From: Callorhinchus milii
Taxonomy: Eukaryota
Direction of reading: 5' to 3'
Assembly: GCF_018977255.1 (NCBI RefSeq)
Contig: NW_024704742.1
Span: forward strand, 72,976,001-73,040,000
Length of the DNA stretch: 64,000 nucleotides
Part shown: piece after piece, positions 24,801 to 35,616 of the stretch
Numbering within the stretch: position 1 is the first letter of the stretch
Layout of the letters: every line of letters starts with the position of its first letter
Notes under the pieces: model-generated
What the model saw: the letters and a program-made list of their open reading frames with translations, nothing else
Told to the model about the DNA's origin: nothing
Database searches by the model: none
Program-made: the position numbers and the translations under genes

Positions 24801-27800
24801 GAGCTTACTACCCCCGGAAAAGCGATCTGCCAATCAAGTAACAACCGGGTTCCTACTTATAATAATAATAATCTTTGCACTTGACATAGCGCTTTTCACG
24901 TCTTCTAGACATTGCAAAGTACTTCACAGATTATACTGTAAAGCGAACTGATTGCATATTTTGTGGGCAAAAAGGGGCAGCCAATTGTGCAGAGCAGTGT
25001 CCCACAAACAGTCGTGCATTGAGTGACCAAATTATTATTGCTTTTTTTTAGGGATTATTATCCCCTGAAAAGCAATCCACCAATCGACTAACAACTAGGT
25101 TCCCACTTACTGCTAAGTAAGCAGAGGTGTGTGGAGTAAGGAAACTTGCCCAATGTTTCGCCCTGCCAGGAGTTGAACCCAGGTCCTCTCGCTTGTGAGG
25201 TGAGTGCTCTAACCACTAAACTACATGACTCTACGAATCAGGACTTTGACAATCCTTTGTCAAATACTAACTGTATTTGGCAAAGGATAACAATAGAAAT
25301 GCAATTTTAAAAGAGACTTTGTAACACGCCTATTTCGGCCCGAGCTGAGATTAGCTAATTTAGTGCAAAACCTTCAATTTTCATTCTGAAATGCAACCTA
25401 ATCTTAGACTCTAAGACTATTTTGTCTTTAAATTTCAGATCATACAGAATGGTGGAAGTTGTTTTAATACAATCTTACTTTGGATACCGTATTCGTGCAG
25501 TTCTTATAAAGAATTGTCTCCCAAATCAAGACTAAAATTAAGGATTTCTGACAAGTCAGCACAATCTAAACGCAACTGATCTAGCAATACAGGCCAGAAT
25601 CCTGTTTATCTTGTTTATTGCTTCCTCACACTGTTTTGACATAGTGAGCAACAAGTTAACTAACGCTCCTAGATCTCTTTCAGCATCCCCAATGGCAAGT
25701 TCTGTCCATTCATGAGCACTTGTGTTTCCTATATGCAGTGCTTTACATTTATTAATATTAAACTTCATTTGTCAGTTATTAGCCCATGGGCAGACCCCTG
25801 AGGCACCCCATTTAGAACTCTTCATATTTTGACCTCGCTCCCCTTCTTCCTTTCCTTCAGCCAATTTTGAATCCACATCCATATATTGCCCTTAATACCT
25901 AGTGACCATTCTGTCAGGAGTAATATCCCAACAATTCACACTAGTATAGATATTTGCCTAGAAAATAGTCATTGCACTCTACAGTAAATAATGTTAGTGC
26001 TTTGAAATGTTTTGAAGATGTGATAATAACCCTCAAGAAAAAAAACAATAATAAATTGGTCACTTCAATCCACGACTGTTTGTGGGACATTGCTGTGCGC
26101 AATTGGCTGCCGCGTTTTGCCCACAAATATACAGTTAATTCACTTTACAGTATATTCTGTGAAGCGCTTTGAGACGTCTAGAAGACGTGATAAGGCGCTA
26201 TATCAAATGCAAGAATTATTATTATTATTATTATAAGGCCCTATAAGCGCCTTGGGACGTCCTCCCGACATGAAAGGCGCTTTATAAATGGAATCTTGTT
26301 GTTGTATATCAAATGTAAGAATTATTATTATTAATTATTACGATAGTTGAGTATTACTGCGATTGGCACGAGAAGCTCGGACCATTTAGACTCATGTGGA
26401 CTAGTTGGGCCAAATGGTCTGTTTCTATGCTGTTGAGATCTATGTGTGGAGAATTACATTACTACTGGTGGTCAGGCCACTTTCTGATGCTAACATCTTG
26501 CTTTTGATCTTTACAGTAATACTGCATTTTCAGCTCACTTGTGGGCCAATTTGCTACTCACACAATACTGCACCTCAGTATCTACCTGGTCATTTTGGCT
26601 GAAGTCCATTTTGATTGTTATCAGCGAGCTTTTACTTCACATCAGAATCAAAACAATCAAGTTTACTCACTTACGCTCTTAAAAGAAATGGTTGCAGTAC
26701 TAAGATGAAGCGTGCAGGGGCATGTTTTACCTTCGGTGGCAGATGGCTTTTTCTTTACTGTCTCACTTGAGATGCGTGAAGACTCAACCACTGTTTTCTG
26801 TAGAATAGTATTGTAGATATTTCTCCAATCTTTGGGCAACACTTGATTTGAGGCATTCTGCTCCCTCAGGTGTAATGTTTTTGCAGAGGACAAGCACTGC
26901 AACACAAAAGGAAAAACTGCAATAACTTACACAGCAAATACAGAACTTGAGTGGTACAGATACTGCAGACTGAGGAAAGAATAAAGCCCCATAAATAATA
27001 CAGTATTTTGTTCCTCTGTATTACTGTCCAGTTCACATTGATCAAACTTGTGCCCAGGTTATCCTCAATCTATGCAGTAAGTAACACTTTGTGTAATATA
27101 TCTAGGATATAGAATACTCAGGGCTTCACAGTATCATTAGTTCTTACATCAGTAATCTGCTCTAATTAGAAGTAGTTTACAATTTTTTTTTTACAAAGTT
27201 TAGCCCTGCCAGCCTTTCCTCATGATATAGAATCCTAAAGTTTGGAGTCATCTTTGTCACCTTCCTTTGGACACTTGCCAGCAGTACTGAGGAAGTGCTG
27301 CATTGTCGGTAGTGCGGTCCTTCGTTCACCTATAGATTTACAGTCACTACTCTTTCCAGAAATGCTACAAAGTACTTTGAGACGTTCTCAATTAAATAGG
27401 TACAATATCAAGTGCAATGATCATTATCCTTCATTCTGGAAAAACACTAGGAAAAACTAATATATTGTATCACTAAAATAAGTGAAATATTGGATTCTTC
27501 TTTGCCTAGCATATACCCTTTCCAATTAACTGTACCAACCTTACAGTGCCATGAATTGTTACCTGTTTCTGGATATTTGCTTTAGTATTGACTAACCTTT
27601 GCATTTCCTTACCTTTATCCGTGATTTTATGATGTCCTCCAATGCGTCTGCATCTGTTTTTTGCACATTGACAATTCCCAATTTATCCAGTAGTTTGTGG
27701 TGTTGCTTTGCAGTGAGTGTTTCATCGTTACCATATTGGTTAAGGATGTCCTCAACGAATGCCTTTGGAGCAACATTTTGACTGAGCACAGAGTTAATGA

Positions 27801-27831
27801 ATAATATACTGTAAGCAGCTAAGGCAAACAT
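5847..27831 (-). CDS. slc39a8: Metal cation symporter ZIP8 (SLC39A8), complete spliced CDS: join of complement(27613..27831, 26731..26896, 24429..24598, 20326..20448, 17270..17434, 10423..10627, 7811..7995, 5847..5996), 460 aa
   Basis: Eight exons of 219/166/170/123/165/205/185/150 nt sum to 1383 nt with consistent phases, GT-AG boundaries and no internal stop. LIV-1 ZIP motifs HNFIDG, CEEFx[20 protein letters not shown] and IQNxG are present. GNNFAPN and the C-terminus are ZIP8-like rather than ZIP14-like. The gene is divergently adjacent to nfkb1, as in human 4q24. Confidence 0.95.
6690..7130 (+). mobile_element. Old CR1 3' fragment
   Basis: Degenerate CR1 C-terminal coding region and 3' UTR (agaggtcatag, gaagggccttcttcatc). 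Confidence 0.6.
7811..7995 (-). CDS. slc39a8: slc39a8 coding exon 7: [11 protein letters not shown]...[11 protein letters not shown] (TM6-TM7)
   Basis: Acceptor ttttag|GA and donor ATG|GTAAGA; 185 nt. Confidence 0.97.
8855..9270 (-). mobile_element. Deu-domain (SacSINE1-like) SINE
   Basis: Reverse complement of ttaaagatcccatggcacta...ggtgtcctggccaaca...gctgtgtgcaaattggctgc. Confidence 0.75.
9450..9688 (+). mobile_element. tRNA-Ala SINE, 5'-truncated
   Basis: caagtttccttactccacacgcc followed by the Deu-like body and (tta)n tail. Confidence 0.88.
10423..10627 (-). CDS. slc39a8: slc39a8 coding exon 6: EAQSQQ...[10 protein letters not shown]...CEEFLHELG (TM4-TM5 metal site)
   Basis: Acceptor tattacag|GAA and donor CTGG|GTAAGA; 205 nt. 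Confidence 0.97.
10870..11320 (+). mobile_element. Deu-domain (SacSINE1-like) SINE, near full length
   Basis: tRNA-like head (gcactctcgcc..gag..agaaggttg..ggttcaa) and Deu core caggtggacgttaaagatcccatggcacta. Confidence 0.8.
11479..11819. mobile_element. Old non-autonomous DNA element with short TIRs; internal motif shared with 25400-25545 and 58187-58317
   Basis: tggtcctgaaattcca / tggaatttgggactca ends; shared motif aagactattttgtcttaaaat. Confidence 0.5.
11940..17072 (+). mobile_element. Nested L2 LINEs: outer, internally deleted L2 (11940-13635 plus 16519-17072) containing an inner L2 spanning most of ORF2 (13636-16519)
   Basis: APE motifs (LTETW, GGGVA, IMGDFN, LDLVIT), RT motifs and two separate (ttg)n tails. 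The outer element reads ...SRL before the insert and resumes [10 protein letters not shown] after it. Confidence 0.9.
17270..17434 (-). CDS. slc39a8: slc39a8 coding exon 5: [11 protein letters not shown]...NIATQ (cytosolic His-containing loop)
   Basis: Acceptor ttcatgtag|CAC and donor CAG|GTAACA; 165 nt, open, phase 0/0; begins with an HxHF motif. Not in the ORF track. Confidence 0.9.
17470..18575 (+). mobile_element. CR1 3' fragment split by an L2 insertion
   Basis: CR1 coding similarity 17470-17743 and 18158-18575, ending ggccaagtggcctgtttccgtgctgta. Confidence 0.8.
17744..18157 (-). mobile_element. Young L2 3' end, same subfamily as 873-2775
   Basis: Near-identical to 873-1230, with a (caa)n tail and an internal tandem duplication. 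Confidence 0.92.
18818..19120 (-). mobile_element. tRNA-Ala SINE, full length, short form
   Basis: Head ...ctgagctacaggactcc, body and (taa)n tail. Confidence 0.9.
19125..19375 (+). mobile_element. CR1 3' UTR fragment
   Basis: cacacagagggtggtcagaa...gggctgaatggcctgtttccgtgcta. Confidence 0.75.
19790..20130 (-). mobile_element. L2 3' fragment
   Basis: Tail aaaattacatttgtatag..ctttca..tcccaaggc.ctggacag and L2 C-terminal coding remnant. Confidence 0.85.
20326..20448 (-). CDS. slc39a8: slc39a8 coding exon 4: [41 protein letters not shown] (TM3)
   Basis: Acceptor tttttttag|GCA and donor CAA|GTAAGA; 123 nt; [10 protein letters not shown] motif. Not in the supplied ORF track. Confidence 0.95.
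20802..20874. repeat. Compound (TAA)/(CAA)/(TAG) microsatellite derived from a SINE tail
   Basis: Visible repeat followed by a minus-strand SINE tail remnant to about 20960. Confidence 0.9.
21118..21570 (+). mobile_element. tRNA SINE, long form, with an L2 tail inserted at about 21259-21337
   Basis: Head, central ctctgtttacctagcagtaagtaggaacccgg segment, Deu-like body and tail. Confidence 0.9.
21783..22159 (-). mobile_element. Young tRNA-Ala SINE (short form) with an expanded (ATC)n(ATA)n tail
   Basis: Near-identical to 23709-24032 and 30427-30745. Confidence 0.92.
23246..23530 (-). mobile_element. CR1 3' end
   Basis: catagaacatagaa...cagcacagaaggaggccattcggcccatcg. Confidence 0.85.
23709..24032 (-). 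mobile_element. Young tRNA-Ala SINE (short form), full length
   Basis: Complete head, body and tail. Confidence 0.93.
24429..24598 (-). CDS. slc39a8: slc39a8 coding exon 3: [19 protein letters not shown]...NAILQLIPE (TM1-TM2)
   Basis: Acceptor ttcacag|TG and donor GAG|GTAAGG; 170 nt; strong ZIP8/14 TM1-2 similarity. Confidence 0.96.
24622..25233 (-). mobile_element. Two tandem long-form tRNA SINEs (24622-24858 truncated; 24859-25233 complete)
   Basis: Body and tail occur twice, with one head at 25130-25233. Confidence 0.88.
25560..25910 (-). mobile_element. Old CR1 RT fragment
   Basis: [30 protein letters not shown]. Confidence 0.75.
26020..26305 (+). mobile_element. SINE body and tail (26020-26235) followed by an L2 tail (26245-26305)
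   Basis: Deu-like body, (tta)n, then gcgccttgggacgtcctcccgac..(ttg)n. Confidence 0.85.
26731..26896 (-). CDS. slc39a8: slc39a8 coding exon 2: [10 protein letters not shown]...KKKPSATE (ectodomain)
   Basis: Acceptor ttttgtgttgcag|TGC and donor GAAG|GTAAAA; 166 nt, phase 0 to 1. It begins CL and ends PSxxE like the ZIP8/14 ectodomain exon. Confidence 0.85.
27613..27831 (-). CDS. slc39a8: slc39a8 coding exon 1: [34 protein letters not shown]...KSRIK (signal peptide plus ectodomain)
   Basis: ATG at 27831 is followed by a hydrophobic leader, and the donor is AAG|GTAAGG. The coding part is 219 nt, the size recalled for human. A likely acceptor (tgtgtttag|) lies 14 nt upstream of the ATG (exon start about 27845), implying an unlocated non-coding first exon. 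Confidence 0.88.
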
Positions 27832-28554
27832 TGCACAAACGACTTCTAAACACAGCAGTGAAGAGACCAACAAAATTTCATTCACACAGAAACTCACTCA
27901 AACACAACAGTGTAATCCAATTGAGCATAACCTGAAGCACTGCCAAGTCAATAGAAAAACAGTTCCTTTTAACTACAGGACGAACAAAATTCTATTCTCC
28001 AGCTTCACTCTTCTTCATTCTTTTAGAAGTAAAAACTATCTTATGCAACTTCAGTTAAATACTTCTCTCAGTTTTATTGGTTTCCTCCTCTCAGATTTGA
28101 TGAAAACTGACCATGACAGATTTACACCTGTAATAAAATGGAGCAAAGGACAAGTTGGTAAAAAAATTAAGCTGCTTTGTAATCCTTTACCTGTGTTGAA
28201 CATTGAGATTGGAATGGATAGTGGAAAGAATTATCAGTGGAAAAACTAGCAAGCATCAGCATAAGCATAGGCTAGGTGGACTCAATAGCCTCCTGTGTTA
28301 TAATTTTCGATTGCATTCTGTGATTGTGGGATGACATTGAATGAAGTCCAACATCTCCTCTGTCGAAATGCAGTAATCGACGATGCAGAGCAAAGTAATC
28401 CCAAGAGCTCAGCCTTCCCCCTGCCTCTCCAATGCTTTTTGTGTCAGGGTCTGCACTTGCATCCTATACTTTACAATAAATCCAGTGAAGCGTTTTGAGA
28501 CACTTCAATGAGATAATAAGATGTAATATCAAATACAAAGGTTATTATTACTAT

Positions 28555-29060
28555 TTACATTGCATCTACAGTACTGAAATAGGCCGTTCAGCCCAAATAA
28601 TCTGGACCAGTGTTTATACTCCACATAATAATAATAATAATAATAATAATCCTTGAATTTGATATAGCGCTTTTCACGCGTTCTAGACGTCTCAAAGCTC
28701 TTCACAGAATATGCTGTAAAGTGAATTGACTGTATATTTGTGGGCGAAATGCGGCAGCCAATTGCGCACACCAGTGTCGGGACATGGGGATAAGGCGGGT
28801 AGGTGGACTTATAGATCAGCCATGATCTTATTGAATGACGGGGCAAGCTAGAGGGGCCGAATGGCCTATTCCTGCTCTAATTCTTATGTTCTTATGTCCT
28901 TATGTCCCACAAACAGTCGTGGATTGAAAATGACCAATTTATTATTTTTTTTGGAGGGATCATTATTAGGCATGTGGAGTAAGGAAACTTGCTCCACATG
29001 AACCTCCACTCCTGCTAATCACCCATGCCTATATCCCGCTGTTCCTTTCTCTCTCATGTA
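28555..29060 (-). mobile_element. Three-layer nest: CR1 tail > SINE (28625-28992) > plus-strand CR1 tail (28779-28905)
   Basis: The SINE is flanked by the direct repeat ctccacat. The inner CR1 ends ttcttatgttcttatgtc. Confidence 0.82.
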
Positions 29061-30291
29061 GTGTATTTGTCTTCATTGGATTCAATTTGCAACAGCAATC
29101 TGAGTGAAGAGGGTCTTTGAATCAGTGGAGATCATCAGTTATCCACAATCACTATCAAAAACATCAACTCCTCTATGAGACAGAAACAAATCCTTTTTAT
29201 TTCTAGTCTCACTTGTGACCTGTTAATTTTAGACTAATGTCTAAATCAGTCAAATCAGTCAAATAGACTTATTCTCTAAGTCAAATACTCTGTGTATCTC
29301 TACTTTATCTAAAGTTCTCAGCATTTTAAAGATCTGAACCATGCCTCCCTTATTCTTCTTTTATCCAATGTAAAAAAAAGGTTCAGCTCTGCCAGCCTTT
29401 CTTCATCATATAGAATCCTAAAGCTCGGAGCCATTCTTGTCACCTTCTGTTGAACACTTTCCAAATTATCATTGTTCAATGTTCAGCTGAAGGTATTACT
29501 CTGCCAAAATGTGCTGCATGGTAATTTACCGCATTACTAAATGTAGCGCTAAACTAGATTAAATTATGTTAGTTTATCATTTTAAGAAGAGAAAATAAGG
29601 GTACTTGATCTGAACTTGACCTAGCTGTCACTGAATGAAATGCCACAGAAAATTACTCTTCAAAAACAAGAATAGTTTCCCAGAATCTGGATTAGAAAAA
29701 TTCTATTTTTACTAGTAGAAGGTGAAGGTAAGTAAGCCACAGGCTACAACAGAATAGTAACATCAAAAGGCGACATACACAGTCATGAAGAAACACAGGG
29801 AGAACAATAGCTCCAAACAAGAGACTGCCAACAACTACCTCACAGAAGGTGCAAGTCTTCTGGGGAGAAGGAATACTGGCCTAACTATTGACTTAATTAT
29901 TGAAATAGGATGGCATTTTATGCATCTATTCATCTGGGCCTAAAATAATGTAATGACTGGGAAGGTGTTGTCTACAAACGTGGCCCCTATGTGGGCATAG
30001 TGGGTGTTTTTGTGGGCATTTTGCTCCCAAAATATACAGTCAAACCACTTTACAGCATATCCTGTGAAGTACTTTGAGGCATCTTACCTCAGTCGTTTTA
30101 TCAAATGCAAGGATTATCATTATTTGTGACCTATGTCCTTGGGACAATTTTTGAAGTTCTTTATAAGATAATGACGTAAGTCATCACCTGTAAAGCAGCA
30201 CCTGTTCCCAGCATGGAAAACAGCAGCCCCACTGAGCAGCAATTCAAGATGATGGCTTGCAACATTCCTAGGCAGATTTGGACACTCTCAT

Positions 30292-30745
30292 TCCTACTTA
30301 CCGCAAGGTAAACAGAGGTGCATGGAGTAAGGAAACTTGCCTAAGGTTTTGCCCTTCTCGGGAATCAAACCTGGGTTCTCTCACTTGCAAGATGAGTGCT
30401 CTCACCACGAAGCTACAGGACTCTACATAATAATAATAATAATCCTTGCATTTGATATAGCGCTTTTCATGTCGGGAGGACGTCCCAAAGCGCTTCACAG
30501 AACACACTATAAAGTGAATTGACTGTATATTTGTGGGAGAACGTGGCAGCCAATTGCGCACAACAATGTCCCACAAACAGTCGTAGATTGAAAATGGCCA
30601 ATTTATTATTGTTTTTGTTTTTTGGAAGGATTATTATTAGGCGTGTGGAGTAAGGAAACTTGCCCAAGGTTTCGCCCTGCCTGGAATTGAACTCAGGTCT
30701 CTCGCTTGCAAAGCGAGTGCTCTAACCACTGAGCTACAGGACTCC
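30292..30745 (-). mobile_element. Long-form SINE head fragment (30292-30425) plus a young short-form SINE (30427-30745)
   Basis: Two tRNA-like heads and one complete body and tail. Confidence 0.9.
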
Positions 30746-31589
30746 AAATAAGGAAAGATGGAAGATTAGCTAAGTTTTAGTTGGTGGATAATACCTAAGT
30801 GGATGTTGATGCATGAAATATTGAGATTCACTTTGTACAGAACAGTGGATATATGATTTATGTGGTATGCTTTTTTGTAGCTTGTAGTGCATAAAATTCC
30901 AAAAACCTTTCTGCTATTGGTGTTCCTTTGATATGTCTATACACCCTTACACCTGCTGGTAATGTACATTTGATAATGTAAAAAGCTCCCCTTCACCTTA
31001 TTCTGCCTTAAACCGTTAAATAAGCACCATTTTAGCAGGCTCCTGTTCCCTTACACTTGCTATGACTCTAAACCTTCAGCTGCACAGATCAGATTCCTGG
31101 ATATGCTCTTTGTGAATGTGGAAAAGTAATCTTTGCTCTATTGGAAGACTGATAATCTGCATACTCCCTCTGCTTCCTTACTTGTGCTATTGCCCCCAAT
31201 CTACTGCAGTTTACCTTTTTCTTCACAACGTTCTTTGGTGGTCAGCCTCTCATTTTCCTCATCTGAACTGAAATGCTGTACACTGTCCAGCGCCTTGGGA
31301 CGTCCTCCGGATGTGAAAGGTGCTATACAAATGTAATCTTGTTGTTGCTGTTGTTGTAAACTTTGTACTTAGCTGGCTCAGAATCGAACCAGGCAATTTT
31401 CTTATCAATAGTCTCTGCTTGGTTATCATGGTTTACGTGAGACATGTTCCAGGCATTAAGCCAATGAACACACGGACGTGCTATATGTGCCCTGATCTAT
31501 TTTTGCTAAGTCTTTTTCCATCAATCCCAGAACATTTAATCAAACAATAAAAATGTTTCTGTTTTATTTCCTTTCTATTTCTCTTTCAT

Positions 31590-32140
31590 GTTTTTCAGAA
31601 CAAATCTACGCAAACACTGTTTCAATGAGCAAATAGTAAACCTGTGGAACAGGCTCCCTAGGGAGACAGTTGAAGCAGGAAATGTTGATTCCTTCAAACA
31701 CAGATGAGATAGTTTTCTTTTAGGAAATAACATTATAGAATATAGTACATAGATAGTTTGGGACATATGTACCTGCAACCACCAGATGGGTGGAAGATGA
31801 GCAAGATTGACCTTGGTCTTTTTTTCGTCTAGCATTTCTTATGTTCCATTATTCCCTCTTCATTATCTTCTGAAGAAAGTTACAGAGATTTACTAGGATG
31901 ATAAAAGGGATAAGAAATTTGTATTATTTTCATTAGACCAGAGGTTGAAAGTAGCACTGATAGAGGTTTTCAGAATTATGATGGGTTATGATAAGGTAAA
32001 CAGGGAGAAATTATTTCTATAAGTCAAAAATTTTAAGATCATCAACAAACAAGGGAAAGGTTATTTTTATTACACAGAGGGTTGTTAAGATATGAAATGC
32101 CCTACCATAAACAGTGGTTCAGGAAGAATCCATAAAAGCT
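31590..32140 (+). mobile_element. Old CR1 fragments
   Basis: cctgtggaacaggctccc and ttcttatgttc tail; a second degenerate CR1 piece. Confidence 0.6.
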
Positions 32141-32169
32141 ATATTATAAGCAATGCCCTTCATGTAGAC

Positions 32170-33170
32170 ACGTAGACAGCACTCATCAAGGTCACATATG
32201 ACATCTTCTGTCTCTGCGACCAGGGTTCCCTCTGCCCCCTTATTTTCCAGAACCTCTTCTCTGCTTTTGACTGTGCCTGCTCCTTGACCATCTGTCCTCC
32301 TTTATCCACCTCAATGGTACTGTCCTTTCTTGGTTCAAGTCATACTTGACACAGCGCCACCATTTTGTCTCCTCTTGCCCCCACATGGCCACCTGTAGTG
32401 TAGCCACTCCTTTTTCTCATTTACATGCTCCCTCTCAGCAATGTCATCATCTCATGGGATCAACTTCCATATCTTTATAGATGACACACAAATCTATTTT
32501 TCCTCCTCTAGTCATGAGCCCAGTCCTACCGATGCTCTGACTGCATGCTTTTCTGACACTAAGGCATGGATAAGCTCCTACTTTCTGCAGTTGAACACAG
32601 ACAAGACAGAAGCCATCCTCCTTGGTTCCCTTCGACATGTTCTCACCTGCGGTTCTGAACTCCTTAACCTTCCCCGCTTATCCCTCACACTCACCCAACC
32701 TGTGCACACCTTTGACAACAAGTTTTTATCCGCCACTGACCTTCCCATCCCACATCCAGTCCCTAACCAGGATAGGGGTCAGCGCCTTGGGATGTCCTCC
32801 CAATGTGAACGGCGCAATACAAATGTAATTTTGTTGTCGTTGATAGGCAAGCAGAGTTTGGTGCGGGCAAGGATGCATACAGTAGGTTTGAATGAGGTAC
32901 ATCTTGTGCATGATGGAATAGGGGAGACTGGTGAGAGGTGAGTTAGAGAAGTTATCAGGAGGTAACAAAGGAGTGAATGAGAGCTTCAGTGGTGTTTTTT
33001 TGTGAGATGGGGCGGAGGCGGGCAATGTGGCAAAGGTAAAGAAAATTAGTCTTTGTCAGGTACCAAATGTGAGGAAGGAAGTAGAGCTGAGAATCAAACT
33101 GAACGACAAGGTTGCACACTGATATGGTGAGTTTGAGAGAGAGGCCAAGGAGGTCGAGCAGGTCAGAAGG
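32170..33170 (+). mobile_element. L2 RT fragments (plus strand 32170-32842, minus strand 32850-33170)
   Basis: HGINFH..DDTQIY and FLQLNTDKTEAILLG. Confidence 0.8.
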
Positions 33171-34124
33171 ACAAATTCATAAAATCAAACTGAACAAAAG
33201 TTTGAATAATGTGAAAGGATATAAGAAAAGGTAGTGGAGTAGGATTAAATGGATCGTTCTTTCAGACAGCTGACACAATGGCCTGAATGTAAGTCTGTGA
33301 ATCTCTGATTTGGTATTGTTTTAAAGTTAAGTGTTACCTCTATCTATTTTTTATAACATTGTATTTAATATTATGGTACAGTGCAATGTTAACTAGAAAG
33401 AATAAGTTGAAAAATAGGTTTGGCCTTTCCTTGCCTTACTGTTGGTCTGAGCATAATGAGATGCTTTATTGCTTGTTGTTCACATCATGAACCATGAATT
33501 GTTGAAGTCATAGCAAGATTCATACCAGCTGTGTCTTACAATCAAAAGGAAAATGTGATCAATCTACTTCAGTTATCATAAGTGGAGAAATGAAGTGAAA
33601 CTGGAATGAATATTTAAATAGATAGCTGGAAACCGTGCAGAAAAAACAGGAAATGCTTTATCTACATTTGGAGTTATCAAAAACAATTCAGAACTACTGT
33701 GGTTAAGGTGAATGAAAAACTACTTTCAAATGGCAATGAAAAATAGGGGCTTTCTGGGAAAAGGTGAGATTGGGTATTTTATGTACGCCTCAACCAGTGG
33801 AATTTACATTGACTAATACTGAGTAACAGTGTTTGGATATTGACTAAGATAATCTCTTTACAATCTCCTTTTGAAAAATAACTTATCTTACTTCTACAAT
33901 GGTGATCTGAAGATTCACTGCAGATTATGGTCAGGTTTGAAGTATAAATATAAGTCCCCTCGCTTCCTCCTCTTTTTTTTTTCCTGCTCTTTTTGAAGGC
34001 ACAGCCAAAAACGTACCTCTCTGACCGTGCTTTTGGTCATCTTTCTCCTCCCAATCAGCTCCCATCCCCAGCTCCAGTGGAATATGTTTTGGGATGTCCT
34101 CCCAATGTCAAAGACACTATATGC

Positions 34125-35616
34125 AGAGTCCTGTAGATCAGTGGTTAAAGCACTTGTCTCGCAAGCGAGAGACCTGGGTTCTATTCCCAGCAGGGCGAAA
34201 TGTTGGGCAAGTTTCCTTGTCTCTGTTTACCTAGCAGTAAGTAGGGAGGCGGTTGTTAGTCGATTGGCGGATCCTTTTCCGGGGATAATAATCCCTCAAG
34301 AAAAAAATATAGAATTTGGTCACTCAATCCAAACTGTTTGTGGGAAGCTGCTGTGTGAAATTAGCTGCTGCTTTTTGCCCACGAGTATATAGTCAATTCA
34401 CTTTACAGTATATTCTGTAAAGCGCTTTGTGACGTATAGAAAACGTGAAAATTATATCAAATGCAAGGATTATTATTTTTATTTTTATTATTACCTCACT
34501 AAGACAGTCAGGAACCTGGATGTCTTGCTTGACCCTGAACTGTCCTTTCTTCCCCACATCCATGCCATGACCAGCACTGCCTACCACCACCTCCGCAACA
34601 TTGCCAGACTCCGCCACTGCCTCACCCCTTAGGCTGCCGAAACCCTCACCCATGCATTCGTCACATCAAGGCTCGATAATGGAAACTCCCTCCTCATCGG
34701 CCTTCCCAACTCTTCCCTTCACAAGCTGCAGATCATCCAAAACACTCACCCACCAGGTTCCATGACCCCATCGCTCCCACCTTCACCCGACTCCACTGGC
34801 TCCCCATCCCTCAGAGGATCGAATTCAAGATGCTCATCCTCACTTTCAAGGCCATCCATGGCCTTGCCCCCTCCTACATCTCTGACCTGCTGATTCCCTA
34901 CCAACCTGCCCGCTCCCTACGTTCATTGGGCTCTGGTCTGCTCCATGTCTCCCGCCCGACCCGCCCTACCATCGGTGGCCAAGCTTTCAGCCTCTCTGCC
35001 CCTACACTCTGGAACTCCATCCCATGGTCCCTTCACCTCGCTTCCTTCCTTGCATCCTTCAAGGCCGGTCTCAAGATCCCCCTCTTCGATCGTGCATTCA
35101 GCCACCCTCCCACCTCTCTGCCTTCCCTCAGCCCGACCCCACCCCTCCCCCATGCTCGGGTCCTGACCCCTGACTGTCCAGCGTCTTGGGACATCCTCCT
35201 GACATGAAAGGCGCTCTATAAATGTAATTTTGTTGTTTATATAAATGTTGTGGAGTCCTGTAGCTTAGTGGTTAGGGCACTCGCCTCGCAAGCGTGAAGA
35301 GCTGGGTTCGATTCCCAGCAGGGTGAAACACTGGGCAAGTTTCCTTGCTCCACACACTTCTGTTCACCTAGCAGTAAGTAGGAACACGGTTATTAGTCAA
35401 TTGGAAGATCGCTTTTCCGGGGCAATAATCCCTTCAAAAAAATCCAAACAATATTAATTTGATCACTCAATCCACAACTGTTTGTGAATACTGCTGTGTG
35501 CAATTGGCTCCCACAAAATATATAGTCAATTCACTTTACAGTCTATTCTGTGAAGTGCTTTGAGATGTCTCAAAGATGGGAGAAGGCGCTATATCAAATG
35601 CAAGGCTTATTATCAT
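34125..35616 (+). mobile_element. SINE (34125-34492), L2 3' part (34493-35238) and SINE (35250-35616) in tandem
   Basis: Two long-form SINEs flank an L2 with HGLAPSYISDLL and a (ttg) tail. Confidence 0.9.

Noticed and set aside
5847..27831. Assignment as slc39a14 (ZIP14) because of SDGxHNFIDG
   Set aside because: Synteny with nfkb1, the GNNFAPN loop, exon sizes and the absence of a visible duplicated alternative TM1-2 exon favour ZIP8.
27832..27897. N-terminal extension of ZIP8 suggested by ORF 27592..27897
   Set aside because: It uses a non-ATG start and crosses a likely splice acceptor at 27846-27847. The ATG at 27831 gives a signal peptide and the expected exon length.
27195..29465. Similar ~80-nt segments at about 27200-27280 and 29385-29462 flanking the first coding exon
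   Set aside because: Both look like antisense CR1 coding remnants from the same region, so independent insertions explain them.
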